Part shown: positions 1 to 10,489 of the stretch, one piece after another
How positions within the stretch are numbered: position 1 is the stretch's first letter
Layout: each line of letters opens with the position of its first letter
NCBI GenBank assembly: GCA_965219995.1
Contig: CBDCOX010000002.1
Location: 3,712,001-3,776,000, forward strand
Origin: Candidatus Latescibacterota bacterium
Lineage (GTDB): Bacteria > Latescibacterota > UBA2968 > GCA-2709665
Direction: 5' to 3'
Length of the DNA: 64,000 bases
The notes under the pieces: generated by a model
The model's input: only the letters and a program-made list of their open reading frames with translations
Databases searched by the model: none
Told to the model about the DNA's origin: nothing
Position numbers and translations under genes: made by a program

Positions 1-1
1 G

Positions 2-817
2 CGCGAACATATAGGTCATACACATCATGCCGGTCCAGACGCCGCCAACCGCTTTCGACCCCTCGGAAACAACCTGAATTGAGCCGGGCAACGCCACGTA
101 ATGGGAATACCCCGCGGGCGTCAGTCCCTTTCCCGAAGCCAGGTCCTGCCGGACGAGATTTCCGATTCCCTCCGTAAACGCGGTCCATCCGCCGGCAAAG
201 TGGACGGCCACAAAACCCAGCACGACGATTCCGAACGCCAGAAGGATGCACTGCGCGCAGTCTACGTAAGCCACCGAACGCAGCCCTCCTGCAGCGACAT
301 AGATCATCACGATGGCGGAAAGGGCGAACATACCCACTTCCACGCTCAGCAGATTGTCGGAGAGTACGTTGAACAGGAACCCGGAGGCCCGGAGCTGGAC
401 ACCCAGATACGGAACGCTGAACAGAAACGCCACGAGTACCGTCAGCAGTCTGATCGTATCGCCGCCGTAGTAGTGCGAATACATCTCGCCGGGCGTGATA
501 TGCTGAAACGCCCTCCCGATGAGCCATTGCCGCCTCAGGAAAAGCACGCCGGTAAACGGAATCGTCAGCGCATAGAAGGAAGCGAACGCATAGGGAAGGC
601 CTGCCTCCAGAATGAGACCGGGATGACCCACGAAGGTCCAGCCCGAAAAACTGGTGGCGGTGGCGGCCAGCACGAAAACCCAGATGCCGATGCTGCGGCC
701 GGCCACGAAATAATCCGCGGACGTGCGCGATCGCAGGGCCCCCCGGAACCCCCAGAAAAGACAATAGGCCCAGTACAGGCCCACGAAGATCAGCAACCAG
801 ATCAGTTTGGCTTCCAC
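2..817 (-). CDS. Sodium:solute symporter (SSS) family protein, truncated by the window edge
   Basis: Absent from the ORF track because it runs off the window. Manual translation from GTG at 817 (RBS GGAGGG) gives MEAKLIWLLIFVGLYWAYCLFWG...ADYFVAGRSIGIWVFVLAATATSFSGWTFVGHPG...IYVAAGGLRSVAYVD, with typical SSS motifs. Confidence 0.9.
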   Translation of the reverse strand, partial: MEAKLIWLLIFVGLYWAYCLFWGFRGALRSRTSADYFVAGRSIGIWVFVLAATATSFSGWTFVGHPGLILEAGLPYAFASFYALTIPFTGVLFLRRQWLIGRAFQHITPGEMYSHYYGGDTIRLLTVLVAFLFSVPYLGVQLRASGFLFNVLSDNLLSVEVGMFALSAIVMIYVAAGGLRSVAYVDCAQCILLAFGIVVLGFVAVHFAGGWTAFTEGIGNLVRQDLASGKGLTPAGYSHYVALPGSIQVVSEGSKAVGGVWTGMMCMTYMFA

Positions 818-973
818 AACGTCCGTCCCTCCCGTGGAAATGAAGGAAAACGAAGAACATGCCCGGCAAGGTATGAAGAATAGCCCTGATACGCAACGGT
901 AAATTGCCCAAAGGCGACTCGCCGCGGTCCGATCCGGCAGCCGGCATCCACGGCCCCGAATCCGATTTTTGAT

Positions 974-1002
974 TTGACAAGACGGGGATATTTTCGTATG
1001 GA
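974..1002 (+). promoter_or_regulatory. Possible sigma70 promoter of the RND operon
   Basis: TTGACA (974-979), 17-nt spacer, TATGGA (997-1002) in the divergent intergenic region; the -10 is imperfect. Confidence 0.35.
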
Positions 1003-1106
1003 AAGTTGCAGTGTTGAGCCGTGAAAGCGTGTTCACCGCACGCTGTCAGGCCTTCAACGTCCGACAGAACACCAAGCGCAAGTTCGAACTTCCCCGGTTC
1101 AGCGAC

Positions 1107-2639
1107 ATGTCTATCTCGCGAAAAAGACTCACGCCGGCTATCGTCGGCTTTCTCGTCTCCGCCTGCACCCTGGCGCCGCGCTCCGCGCCTGTCGTTTCCG
1201 AACCGGTTGCGGAGCTCACCGATGGGCCCGCCGGAGGCGAGGTCGCCGGTTCTATCGAACGGCGCGAGTGGTGGAAAACGTTCGCCGACCCGGCCCTCAA
1301 CCGGGTTATCGAAGGAGTACTGGCGTCCAACTTCGATCTTGCCGGCGCGGTCGCCCGGGTCGATCAGGCCAGGGCGCGCGCGCGCATCGCCAGGGCGCCC
1401 CTGTTCCCGTCGATTCAGCCGACAGCCGGCGTCAACGAATTCGATGCGCCCACCAATGCGGGTATCGGCGCGCAGCTGGACGAACTGGGAGTGGGTTCGG
1501 GAGGTGGCGGCGTGCCGCGAATCGTCCTCCCCGATCGACTCGGGTTGACGACTTACACGGTCGGTGCGGAATTCGCGTATGAACTGGACTTCTGGGGCCG
1601 GAACCGGAACGACGGTCTGGCCGCGGGAGCCGAGCGCCTGGCATCCGAGTCGGATTATCTGACGGCCCGCATGGGCGTGCTGGCCGAAACGGTGCGGACC
1701 TATCTCGAGATTGTCAACCTGCGCCACCAGAGGCGATTGACCGGTGAAATCACAGAGATACACGGGCAACGGGAGTCGCTGGCCGCGTCCCGTTACAACC
1801 GCGGGTTGATCGATGCCAGCGGCCTCCACCGGGCGCGGCAGGAAGCGCGCAACGCCCAGGCGGAACTGCCGCAGATCGAAGCTCTGCTGGCCGACGCGGA
1901 GGGGCGGCTCCGCGTGCTTATGGGAGACCACCGCGCGGATCTCACGCGTATGCTGCCCGATACCCTGGCACGGACCAGCGCCCTGCAACCGGTTCCATCG
2001 GGCATCCCGACCCGTCTCCTGGCGCAGCGCCCGGACGTGATCGCGGCAAAGCAACGGATGGAAGCGGCCCGGTACCAGGTTGGCGCACGTCGCGCGGACC
2101 TGGCGCCAAGACTCTCCCTGCACGGTTCCATCGGGCTGCGGAGCACGGAATCGAACGAGTGGTTCAACCCGGAACAATGGTTCCGGAACTTGAGTATGAA
2201 CCTGCTCGGACCCGTATTCCAGGGTGCGCGGCTGCGCGGCAACGTTGCGCTGGCCCAGGCGGGATTGAAAGCAGCGGTCTCGGCCTACGGGAGAACCGTG
2301 GTTACCGCGGCCAACGAGATTGAATCCGCCCTTGCGGGGCTTGCTGCCAGCCGACGTCGCCATTCGCTGCTGGCCTCACTGTCGAAAACGGCGCACGCGG
2401 AAAAAGAACTACAGGAGCAACGGTACGTTTCGGGTGTGGTTGACTATGAGGTGCTCCTGACGGCGACGCAGACCCGGTTGGCAGCGGAATCATTGCTTGC
2501 CGCGGCAAAGCGCGACCTGGGCTACGCCCACCTTGCGCTTCATCGCGCGCTGGGAGGCGCGTGGGCCGCAGGCGACCTTCAGGCCCGCCTGCAGCAGCCG
2601 CCGAACCAGCGAATCCTCTCCCGACCTCCAACGGAGTAG
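1107..2639 (+). CDS. Outer-membrane efflux lipoprotein (TolC/NodT/OprM family)
   Basis: Lipobox LVSAC after ATG 1107; WWKTFADPALN, YELDFWGR, LLAQRPDV and LHRALGGAW motifs; first gene of the RND triad. Confidence 0.92.
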   Translation: MSISRKRLTPAIVGFLVSACTLAPRSAPVVSEPVAELTDGPAGGEVAGSIERREWWKTFADPALNRVIEGVLASNFDLAGAVARVDQARARARIARAPLFPSIQPTAGVNEFDAPTNAGIGAQLDELGVGSGGGGVPRIVLPDRLGLTTYTVGAEFAYELDFWGRNRNDGLAAGAERLASESDYLTARMGVLAETVRTYLEIVNLRHQRRLTGEITEIHGQRESLAASRYNRGLIDASGLHRARQEARNAQAELPQIEALLADAEGRLRVLMGDHRADLTRMLPDTLARTSALQPVPSGIPTRLLAQRPDVIAAKQRMEAARYQVGARRADLAPRLSLHGSIGLRSTESNEWFNPEQWFRNLSMNLLGPVFQGARLRGNVALAQAGLKAAVSAYGRTVVTAANEIESALAGLAASRRRHSLLASLSKTAHAEKELQEQRYVSGVVDYEVLLTATQTRLAAESLLAAAKRDLGYAHLALHRALGGAWAAGDLQARLQQPPNQRILSRPPTE

Positions 2640-2645
2640 ATTGCC

Positions 2646-3857
2646 ATGTCCCGCAAATCGAGTGCTTTTGCTGCCGGCGCGATTGTCGTGGTCTCCGTGG
2701 CTCTGGCTGCGCTGCTGATTTCGCTGGCGCCCGAACCCACCCGGACCGAACAGCCTCCCCACGTGCCTTTCGTGCAGACGGGTCCGGTTTCAGCCGGGTC
2801 CGGATCCATTCCGGTTTTCGGGTCCGGTACGGTGAGGCCGGGCGCGGAGGTCGCTGTCGTCCCCGAGGTGGGCGGCAGGGTTGTCTGGGTGGATCCGGGA
2901 TTCAAGAGCGGAGGAAGGGTCAGGGCGGGCCAGACGGTTTTCCGCATCGAAGAGGTGCATTACCGGTTTCGGGTGCAGGAAGCGGAGGCGAACGTTGCGG
3001 CCAGCCGGGTTGCTTTTCTCCGGGAGCAGGAGCAGGCATCCATCGCACGCTCGCAGTACGAACTTTACGCCGCCCCGCGGGGGGATGGGGCGCCGCCGTC
3101 CGATGCGAATCCTCTCACGCTCAGGGAACCTCAGTTGGACGCGGCGCGGGCGGCGCTGAGCCGCGACGAGGCGAGGCTTGCCGATGCCAGACTCGCCCTT
3201 TCGAAGACACGGATTACCGCGCCTTTCAATGGCCTTGTCCGCGATGAGTCCGTTAACGTGGGACAGGTCGTGAGCCCCGGCCGGCCGGTGGGCCGGCTGA
3301 TCGCTTCGGACGCGGTGGAAGTGGTCGTTCCACTGTCCGATTCCGATGCCGCCATGATCCCGGGACTCTGGGATCTGAATGCGGGAGACGGTAATCGTGA
3401 CGTGTCAGCCCGGGTGATCGCCCGGTACGGCGAGGCCCGGTATGCCTGGCAGGGGTACGTGGAGCGGGCCGAGGCATCCCTCGACGAGCAGACGCGAACC
3501 ATCGATGTCATCGTACGTGTACCGGATCCGCTTACGGCAGGCGATCCGACGGACGGGATCGTCAGTCCCGGCGGCAGTCCACCGCTTCTGGTGGGCGAAT
3601 TCGTCGAAGTGGAAATCGAGGGGCTGGTTTTGGAACGCTATTTCAAGGTGCCGCGGGCGTCGCTGAAACCCGGCAACGAGGTCTGGATGGTGAAAGCCGG
3701 CGTTGTGAAGCTTGTTCCGGTTCGCGTATTGCAGCGCGCCGACGATGAAGTGTTCGTGACGGGTTCGCTCGAACACGGTCTGGCGGTGATCACGGGCGGA
3801 GTTCAGTTCGCCACGGAGGGAATGCCCGTCCAGACGGAGACTGACGGGTCGCCATGA
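2646..3857 (+). CDS. RND efflux periplasmic adaptor (membrane fusion protein)
   Basis: N-terminal TM, lipoyl-like PEVGGRVV, helical hairpin, TRITAPFNG, LLVGEFVEVEIEG; overlaps the permease start (ATGA). Confidence 0.92.
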   Translation: MSRKSSAFAAGAIVVVSVALAALLISLAPEPTRTEQPPHVPFVQTGPVSAGSGSIPVFGSGTVRPGAEVAVVPEVGGRVVWVDPGFKSGGRVRAGQTVFRIEEVHYRFRVQEAEANVAASRVAFLREQEQASIARSQYELYAAPRGDGAPPSDANPLTLREPQLDAARAALSRDEARLADARLALSKTRITAPFNGLVRDESVNVGQVVSPGRPVGRLIASDAVEVVVPLSDSDAAMIPGLWDLNAGDGNRDVSARVIARYGEARYAWQGYVERAEASLDEQTRTIDVIVRVPDPLTAGDPTDGIVSPGGSPPLLVGEFVEVEIEGLVLERYFKVPRASLKPGNEVWMVKAGVVKLVPVRVLQRADDEVFVTGSLEHGLAVITGGVQFATEGMPVQTETDGSP

Positions 3858-6800
3858 GTCCGAACGGGAACAACCACGGCGAACGGCCGGGGCCGATCGC
3901 CTACATGGCCGAAAACGGCATCGCGGCCAATCTGTTGATGTGGGTCATTATCGCGTTCGGGCTGGTGTCGATGACCGGCCTGGAGCGGGAGGCGTGGCCC
4001 ACGGTTCCGTTCTACCATATCGAAGTCTCGATGGCCTATCCCGGCGCCACGCCGGAGGAGGTGGAGGAGTCGATCGTTGTCAAGATCGAGGACCGGGTCA
4101 GCGGTCTGGACGACGTAAAGGCGGTCAAGTCCGTGGCGGCGCCGGGCATCGCGTCCGTCAGGATTCAGATGGATTCCGGAACGGACATGGCCCGGGCCCT
4201 GGACGATATCGAGTCTGCGGTCAATCGCATTCAGACGTTCCCGGGCGGCGCCGAACGTCCCCTGTTCTGGGAGATGACCAATCGCCAGAGCATGATGCGG
4301 CTCATTGTCTACGGCGATGTGCCGGAGCGCTCTCTGAAGGAACTGGCCTACCAGATCGAGGACGAACTCAAGACGCTTGCCTCCGTGTCCCAGGTGGAGG
4401 TCAGCGGCGTCAGGAACTACGAAATCTCCATCGAAATTCCGCTTCATCGACTGAGGGCTCTCGGACTTACACTCAACGACATTGCCGACACGATTCGCCG
4501 CAGTTCCCTGGACCTGTCGGCCGGAAGCATCAATACCCGGGAATCCCAGGTGCGCGTCCGGACCCTGGGCCAGAACTACAACCAGCAGGACTTCGAAGAC
4601 ATCGTCCTGCTCAGCAACAGCGACGGAACGGTCCTGCGCGTTGGCGATATCGCAGAAGTCCGAGACGGTTTTCAGGAAGCCGACCTGATTGTGCGGCATC
4701 AGAACCGGCCCGCTGTATTCGTGGAGGTGTACCGGGCTGAAGGCGAACACGTGATGGAGGTGGCCACGGCCGTGCGGGAGCACCTCGCGAACGAGGTAAT
4801 TCCGTCTCTGCCCGGCGGCGTGGGCGTTACGATCTGGAACGACGAGTCCCAGGACTTCAAGGAACGTACCGAGATTCTCCTTAAAAACGGCGTACTGGGC
4901 CTTCTGCTGGTGCTGGTCTCACTCAGCCTGTTTCTCCAGATCCGGCTGGCGATGTGGGTCGCCGTGGGTCTCGCCGTGTCGGGTATCGGCGCCCTGGCGG
5001 CCATGCTGGTCCTCGACGTCGCGATCAACGCTCAGAGCCTGTTTTCATTCGTCCTCGCCATAGGTATTGTCGTCGATGACGCGATCGTCGTGTCCGAACT
5101 TATCCAAAACGAACGCAAGCGGGGTACCCCCGGAGTCCAGGCTGCAATCCGCGGCGCCCGCAGAATAAAAGTACCGTTGATATTCGCGGTTCTCACCACG
5201 ATAGTCGCCTTCGTCCCGCTCCTGTTCATCCCCGGCGGCGTCGGTGAGTCCTGGCGGGCGCTGCCGATCATCATGATTTCCATCCTCCTGTTCTCCCTGG
5301 TCGAATCGCTGCTTATTCTTCCGAATCACCTCTCCCATATGCACGGTCCCGAATGGACGCCGAAAAACGCCTTCGACCGGTTCTTCGCGCGGGTCCAGGG
5401 CCATGTCGACGTACTGCTGAACCGGTTCGTGCAGGGACCTCTGGACAGGGCATTGCGGTTCGCGGCGGACCAGCCATGGGTGACCATGGCGGGAGCGGTG
5501 GGACTGCTCGTGCTGTGTTTCGCTCTGGTGGGCGCGGGTATCATCCCGACGACGCTGGCGGCTGAGGTCGAGGGGGATTTCGCAACGGTGACCCTGGAGA
5601 TGCCCGACGGGACGACGGCCACGAGGACTTACGAAGTGGCCCGGGAACTGGAGTCGGCCGGGCACCGGGTCATCGAACGACTCTCTCGCGAACGGCCCGC
5701 GGACGCGCCTCCGCTGCTTTCCGGCGTGATTGTGACGGTCGGACAGCGGCCGCGGATCCAGGGCGGGGGGCTGAACCCGGCGCCAACCCTGAATCCGGAA
5801 GCCAATGTCGCCACCATCGAGTTCAAACTCCTGGGCGCGCAGCAACGGACGATCTCAACGGTGGATTTCGTTCAGGCCTGGCGGGAGGAGGTGGGGGTCC
5901 TGCCCTACGTGCGAGGCATTTCCTACAGCGGCGAGATCATCGACTTCGGCAGCCCAGTGGAGGCCGTCCTGTCCCATCCGAATCCGGAGCGGCTCGTTCA
6001 AGTCGCAGACGACGTGGTCGACGGACTCCGCGGCATTGGGGGCGTCCACGACGTACGATCGGACCACACGCCGGGTGTCCCGGAAATTCAACTCGAGCTG
6101 CGGCCGGAGGCACAGACGCTCGGTCTTACGCTTGAAGCGCTGGCCGGCCAGGCGCGCGCCGCGTTTTTCGGAGCGGAAGCCGTCCGGATTCAGCGCGGAC
6201 GCGAGGAAGTCCGTGCCTATGTGCGGCTGCCCGAGGATGAGCGGAATTCCATTACCGATATCGAAGGGTACCTGATCCGGACGCCGAACGGGGCGGAGAT
6301 TCCGGTTACCGGGGTTGCCGCGATGAAATCGGGCATGTCGCCGCCGGCCATTCGAAGGAAGGACGGTCAGCGCGTGGTCACGGTTACTGCCGACGTGGAC
6401 GCGGCGGTGATTTCCGGCGATGAAGCCAACGACATCCTGGCCAACTCGATTCTCGCGGACCTGACTGCCGCAGACCCGGACCTGACCTACACGTTCGGGG
6501 GCGAGCAACAACAGCAGCTCGAGTCTCTCGATGCGCTGTTTCGCGGGTTCGCGATTGCGTTGTTGATGATTTTCGTGCTGCTTGCCATTCCCCTGCGCTC
6601 CTACACCAAACCCTTCATTATTATGGCCGTCATCCCCTTCGGCCTGATCGGCGTGATCATGGGTCACTGGGTCCTGGGGCTGGCCCTGAGCGCGGTATCG
6701 TTCATGGGTGTCTTCGGCCTGAGCGGCGTGGTCGTAAACGATTCCCTGGTGATGATCGATTTCATCGATCAGAAACTCAGGGAGGGCGTCCCCGTGCGAA

Positions 6801-7039
6801 CGGCGATCATCGAGGGCGCAAAGGGGCGTTTTCGTCCGATAATGCTTACTTCCCTGACGACTTTCCTTGGCTTCTTTCCTCTTATATTGGAACGCGCCAT
6901 CCAGGCGCAGTTCCTCGTCCCCTTCGCAGCGTCGCTCGGTTTCGGCATCGTCATCGCCACGTCAATCCTGCTGATGATCGTGCCCGCTCTATACGCCATC
7001 CGGCTGCACCTGGTTCCCCTGCGCGATAACGCGAGTTAG
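3854..7039 (+). CDS. RND efflux permease (AcrB/AcrD/AcrF family)
   Basis: 1061 aa; YPGATPEEVE, GIVVDDAIVV proton-relay motif, GVVVNDSLV, RFRPIMLTSLTT. Confidence 0.95.
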   Translation: MSPNGNNHGERPGPIAYMAENGIAANLLMWVIIAFGLVSMTGLEREAWPTVPFYHIEVSMAYPGATPEEVEESIVVKIEDRVSGLDDVKAVKSVAAPGIASVRIQMDSGTDMARALDDIESAVNRIQTFPGGAERPLFWEMTNRQSMMRLIVYGDVPERSLKELAYQIEDELKTLASVSQVEVSGVRNYEISIEIPLHRLRALGLTLNDIADTIRRSSLDLSAGSINTRESQVRVRTLGQNYNQQDFEDIVLLSNSDGTVLRVGDIAEVRDGFQEADLIVRHQNRPAVFVEVYRAEGEHVMEVATAVREHLANEVIPSLPGGVGVTIWNDESQDFKERTEILLKNGVLGLLLVLVSLSLFLQIRLAMWVAVGLAVSGIGALAAMLVLDVAINAQSLFSFVLAIGIVVDDAIVVSELIQNERKRGTPGVQAAIRGARRIKVPLIFAVLTTIVAFVPLLFIPGGVGESWRALPIIMISILLFSLVESLLILPNHLSHMHGPEWTPKNAFDRFFARVQGHVDVLLNRFVQGPLDRALRFAADQPWVTMAGAVGLLVLCFALVGAGIIPTTLAAEVEGDFATVTLEMPDGTTATRTYEVARELESAGHRVIERLSRERPADAPPLLSGVIVTVGQRPRIQGGGLNPAPTLNPEANVATIEFKLLGAQQRTISTVDFVQAWREEVGVLPYVRGISYSGEIIDFGSPVEAVLSHPNPERLVQVADDVVDGLRGIGGVHDVRSDHTPGVPEIQLELRPEAQTLGLTLEALAGQARAAFFGAEAVRIQRGREEVRAYVRLPEDERNSITDIEGYLIRTPNGAEIPVTGVAAMKSGMSPPAIRRKDGQRVVTVTADVDAAVISGDEANDILANSILADLTAADPDLTYTFGGEQQQQLESLDALFRGFAIALLMIFVLLAIPLRSYTKPFIIMAVIPFGLIGVIMGHWVLGLALSAVSFMGVFGLSGVVVNDSLVMIDFIDQKLREGVPVRTAIIEGAKGRFRPIMLTSLTTFLGFFPLILERAIQAQFLVPFAASLGFGIVIATSILLMIVPALYAIRLHLVPLRDNAS

Positions 7040-7070
7040 CCTCCGGCAAGAGATGATACCGAACAGGCGC

Positions 7071-8129
7071 TCAAATCATCTCCCGTCTCACGTCTACCCT
7101 CTCACCGCCTTCACCCAGCATGCCGTGTTCGTCGAACCAGCGGAACGTGTCCCTGACCGATTCAGCGAGCGGGCGCGGGCGGAACCCGAGTTCGGCCCGC
7201 GCCCTGGCGCTGGATATCCGCCGGTTGCCATGGGCCATGACGCGGACGGACACCGGCGTGTAGAGCGGACGGCGTCCGCGACACCGATCCAGTACGACCT
7301 GGAAGGGCGCCCATATCCGGGCGGCGAACATCGGGAACTGGAGGCGGGGTGCGGCTACCCCGGTCGCCTGCCGGGAAAACTCCGCCAGTTCTCGCACGGT
7401 GTGCCAGTGACCTGAGACGAGGTAGTTTTCGCCACATCTCGCCTGTGTCTCGGCGGCCATCAAGGCCGCCACGACATCGCGCACATCGACCCAGTCGTAG
7501 CCACCCGCGATCAACGCGGGAAGTCGCCTGCGGTGGAGGTCGAGAAACAACTGCCCCATAGGCGACGGCGCGCCGTCATAGGGGCCGATCACGCTGGTCG
7601 GATTCAGGATTACGGCGTCCAGGCCGCGGTCGATGCCGCGGCGGACTTCCACTTCGCCGGCGGCTTTCGAGCGGTCGTACGGAGCGTCGCGCGGGCTGTC
7701 CGCAGGACGGCGGCTCTCGTCAAGCACTTCGTCCAGCGGGAACTGGTCGTAAGCGTGGATCGAGGAGACATGAACCAGGCGTCTCACACCACATTCGAGC
7801 GCCGCTTCCACGACATTGCGGGTGCCCAGGACATTCGTGCGATGGAATTCCTGCGCCCTGACGGTACCGATCGAGACCAGCGCGGCCAAATGGAAAACGG
7901 TTTCCGCGCCCGCGAAGGCGGCGATCAGCGATTCCTTGTTGAGAATGTCGCCGTTGACCCATTCGATGTCGAGATGCGCCGCCGTCCCTTGACGCCTTCG
8001 AAAGATCGCACGGACCTGACGGGGCCCGTACTTGCCGGCAAGGGCCCGCGTCAACACACCGCCGATCTGCCCGCTCGCCCCCGTGATCACCCGTACGGTG
8101 CGAGGTCGTCCGCCACCAGATGATTTCAT
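7071..8129 (-). CDS. NAD-dependent epimerase/dehydratase (extended SDR, 3-beta-HSD/DFR/HpnA-like)
   Basis: TGASGQIGG Rossmann motif, VFHLAA, HVSS, YDRSK catalytic YxxxK. Start placed at ATG 8129 because the 8222 start overlaps the P450 gene. Confidence 0.88.
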   Translation of the reverse strand: MKSSGGGRPRTVRVITGASGQIGGVLTRALAGKYGPRQVRAIFRRRQGTAAHLDIEWVNGDILNKESLIAAFAGAETVFHLAALVSIGTVRAQEFHRTNVLGTRNVVEAALECGVRRLVHVSSIHAYDQFPLDEVLDESRRPADSPRDAPYDRSKAAGEVEVRRGIDRGLDAVILNPTSVIGPYDGAPSPMGQLFLDLHRRRLPALIAGGYDWVDVRDVVAALMAAETQARCGENYLVSGHWHTVRELAEFSRQATGVAAPRLQFPMFAARIWAPFQVVLDRCRGRRPLYTPVSVRVMAHGNRRISSARARAELGFRPRPLAESVRDTFRWFDEHGMLGEGGERVDVRREMI

Positions 8130-8193
8130 TTCGAAAGACTCAATTCGGGAATCGTCGACCCGACAAGGCGCTGGAGGAGCGGGTGTAGCGAAT

Positions 8194-10227
8194 TCAGACT
8201 CGAAGTTCGTGGCGCTGCTCAACGAGCCTGAATTTCAATTTGTTGCTGGGCGACTGTGAGGGCAATGGATCCATCGGCAATCGCTTGTAGGGACGGGCCA
8301 GCTCGAGCTTGAAGTGATGCGTGAGCATCAGCAGGTTGATCGCCATGTGCATGTCGGCCCAGCGGCTCCCGAGACATGAGTGCGTGCCCAGCCCGAATGG
8401 CGCGTAGCCTCTGCCGAGGTGCTCGTTTCGCGGGGGTACGTAGCGCTCAATGTCGAACGTCCACGGATCGGGAAAAGACTCTTCCAGGTAGTGCGTGGCC
8501 GTCTGCGCAATCATGAGTTGCGACCCCACAGGCAGTTCGTAACCCTCCACCACGCAGGTATTCATGACCGTGCGCATGGACATGGCCACGATCGGCGACA
8601 TCCGCAGAGCCTCCATCAGCACCCGGTGGGTCACGTCGATCCGGTCTCGAGTGAAGTCCTCCTCGCCGGGATCGCCCTCGGCCCACAACGCGTCCGCTTC
8701 GGCCGTGACTCGTTCGTACAACTCGGGATTCTGCACCAGCCAGTAAAGGGCGAAGCCAATCTGATCGCCCATATACATGGCGGTCATCAGGATCGCCCCC
8801 AGCGGGAGCGACAGGTCCGATTCCGGGAGGAACTGGGGATCGGACGCGTTCAGGGCCAGATACGCGTCCACCACGTCCTCATGCATCCCAACCCGCTGCG
8901 CTGCCGTATGTGTCCTTTGCATGCGGTCTACAATCTTCTGCATGGCCTTCGCCCGGCGGCGCATCGACGGGGTCTTGAGCATGAAACGCGGCATGCTCTT
9001 GACGATGCCTACATTGAGCACTCGTATCTTGTATTCGAGCGCGTCGACAATCTCGGCCTGGGTGTCAATGCTGGCCAGGAGCGGCGATGACTGCGCGTTC
9101 AGCAATGGTCGCAGCATCACCTGCACCGGCATCGTGGCGCCGACGTCCCAACTGGCCATGTGCGTGCGTGCCAGGTTATAGACCTCATCCAGACGCCTGG
9201 TCAAAGTCCTGCGGGAGTACGCGGGCTGTAACGACTTGCGAAAGCGAAAGTGATCGGCGCCGTCAACCGAGTGCATCGAGCGCGACACGCCATACGCCTT
9301 GTCGACGCCTTCGAAGTACTCCTTCGACCGCAGGAACACCCGCCCCATGCGATTGGCCCATTCGTTTGTCTTCAACCCCGCCAGGACAATCAGGTTCTGG
9401 CGGAACGGGAGCCGAAGCTCGAACACCGGACCGTACTTTTCGGCCAAAATGGCAAACCCTGCCGGCAGCCTGCCCTCTCGCAGCTCGCGGTTGAACACCA
9501 GATCACGCAGGGACACCGTTGGAATCGGCTTGGTCAGCGAGGGCTGGCGAAGCGAGGGTGCGACGATGCTCTGGCCCACCGCCGCCGCAATCGCCTGGCC
9601 GATCAGGTCCATCTGGCTGACGAACTGTATCCGTTCTTCCACCTCCTCGTCGATCTGAAACATCAGATGGAACACGCGGCAGGCGTTGACGAGGCCGGTG
9701 ATAATCACGTCGCGGGGACCCGGAATCTCGTCCGAGAAGATGATCCTGGTCAGACGGGCCTTTACGGACTCGCCCGCCAGGTGGTCTTCTCCTGGCGGCG
9801 TTTCGCCCGGCCGCTGGCGCCTGGTGAAGGTATAGAAATCGCCAGGGTGGAGGTCGAGAATCTGTCGCCGAACGAGCTGGTCCAGCGCCTGGGGGATCAT
9901 CGCCTCGGACTGCGGAGCAAGCCGCTCAACCCAGTAGCGGGCATCGTGTGGTTCCGATTCGGTCGCGATCTCCCGCAAGACCGGGTCGAGCAGCGGACGA
10001 CCGGTGTCGGTCGCATCCAACAGAGTCAGCGACTTCAGATCGGTGTCGATGCGACCGCGCAGCGACAGTTCACCCAGCGCTGCGCCGGCCATGGCGCAGT
10101 TCAGGTTCCAGCCGGGCACCTGACGAAAATAACCGCTCTCTTCGTCCAGCAGCGCCAGCAGCAACTCTTCCGGCAGACTCACCGTGGAAGCCTCCGGACC
10201 CGTCCCAATTGACGTTTCGCGAGTCAT
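8194..10227 (-). CDS. GPP34/GOLPH3-like domain fused to cytochrome P450
   Basis: N-terminal ~220 aa (SLPEELLLALLDEESG...AGAALGELSLRGRI...TGRPLLDPVL) resembles GPP34. The C-terminal part has EALR (ExxR), FDIERY and the heme motif FGLGTHSCLG. Confidence 0.88.
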   Translation of the reverse strand: MTRETSIGTGPEASTVSLPEELLLALLDEESGYFRQVPGWNLNCAMAGAALGELSLRGRIDTDLKSLTLLDATDTGRPLLDPVLREIATESEPHDARYWVERLAPQSEAMIPQALDQLVRRQILDLHPGDFYTFTRRQRPGETPPGEDHLAGESVKARLTRIIFSDEIPGPRDVIITGLVNACRVFHLMFQIDEEVEERIQFVSQMDLIGQAIAAAVGQSIVAPSLRQPSLTKPIPTVSLRDLVFNRELREGRLPAGFAILAEKYGPVFELRLPFRQNLIVLAGLKTNEWANRMGRVFLRSKEYFEGVDKAYGVSRSMHSVDGADHFRFRKSLQPAYSRRTLTRRLDEVYNLARTHMASWDVGATMPVQVMLRPLLNAQSSPLLASIDTQAEIVDALEYKIRVLNVGIVKSMPRFMLKTPSMRRRAKAMQKIVDRMQRTHTAAQRVGMHEDVVDAYLALNASDPQFLPESDLSLPLGAILMTAMYMGDQIGFALYWLVQNPELYERVTAEADALWAEGDPGEEDFTRDRIDVTHRVLMEALRMSPIVAMSMRTVMNTCVVEGYELPVGSQLMIAQTATHYLEESFPDPWTFDIERYVPPRNEHLGRGYAPFGLGTHSCLGSRWADMHMAINLLMLTHHFKLELARPYKRLPMDPLPSQSPSNKLKFRLVEQRHELRV

Positions 10228-10461
10228 CGATTAACCAATTGTCCTCTCCATCGCAAGATTTCGAGCGTTCCGGACACGACTATTGACATGATGGGCGAGC
10301 CTTTGCACGGGCACAGGCATGGCCCGCATCAACCGGCAGCCTGGTGACGGTGTTATTGGGACGCCTTTGATACGGGACTTTGCCCGCATCGACGTTCCCT
10401 GAAGCAGAAGGTGAAGGACTCGAACTCGCTTTGGAAGTAGATAACTTGTTCTTTTAATTAT

Positions 10462-10489
10462 AAGATACAGCATTTTAGTCGCTTGTCAA
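10462..10489 (-). promoter_or_regulatory. Candidate sigma70 promoter upstream of the P450 fusion gene
   Basis: Minus strand TTGACA-N16-TATCTT, overlapping a TATAAT, in a short AT-rich patch. Confidence 0.45.

Noticed and set aside
101-883. 260-aa plus-strand ORF
   Set aside because: Antisense shadow of the SSS symporter on the minus strand (2-817), which has clear family motifs.
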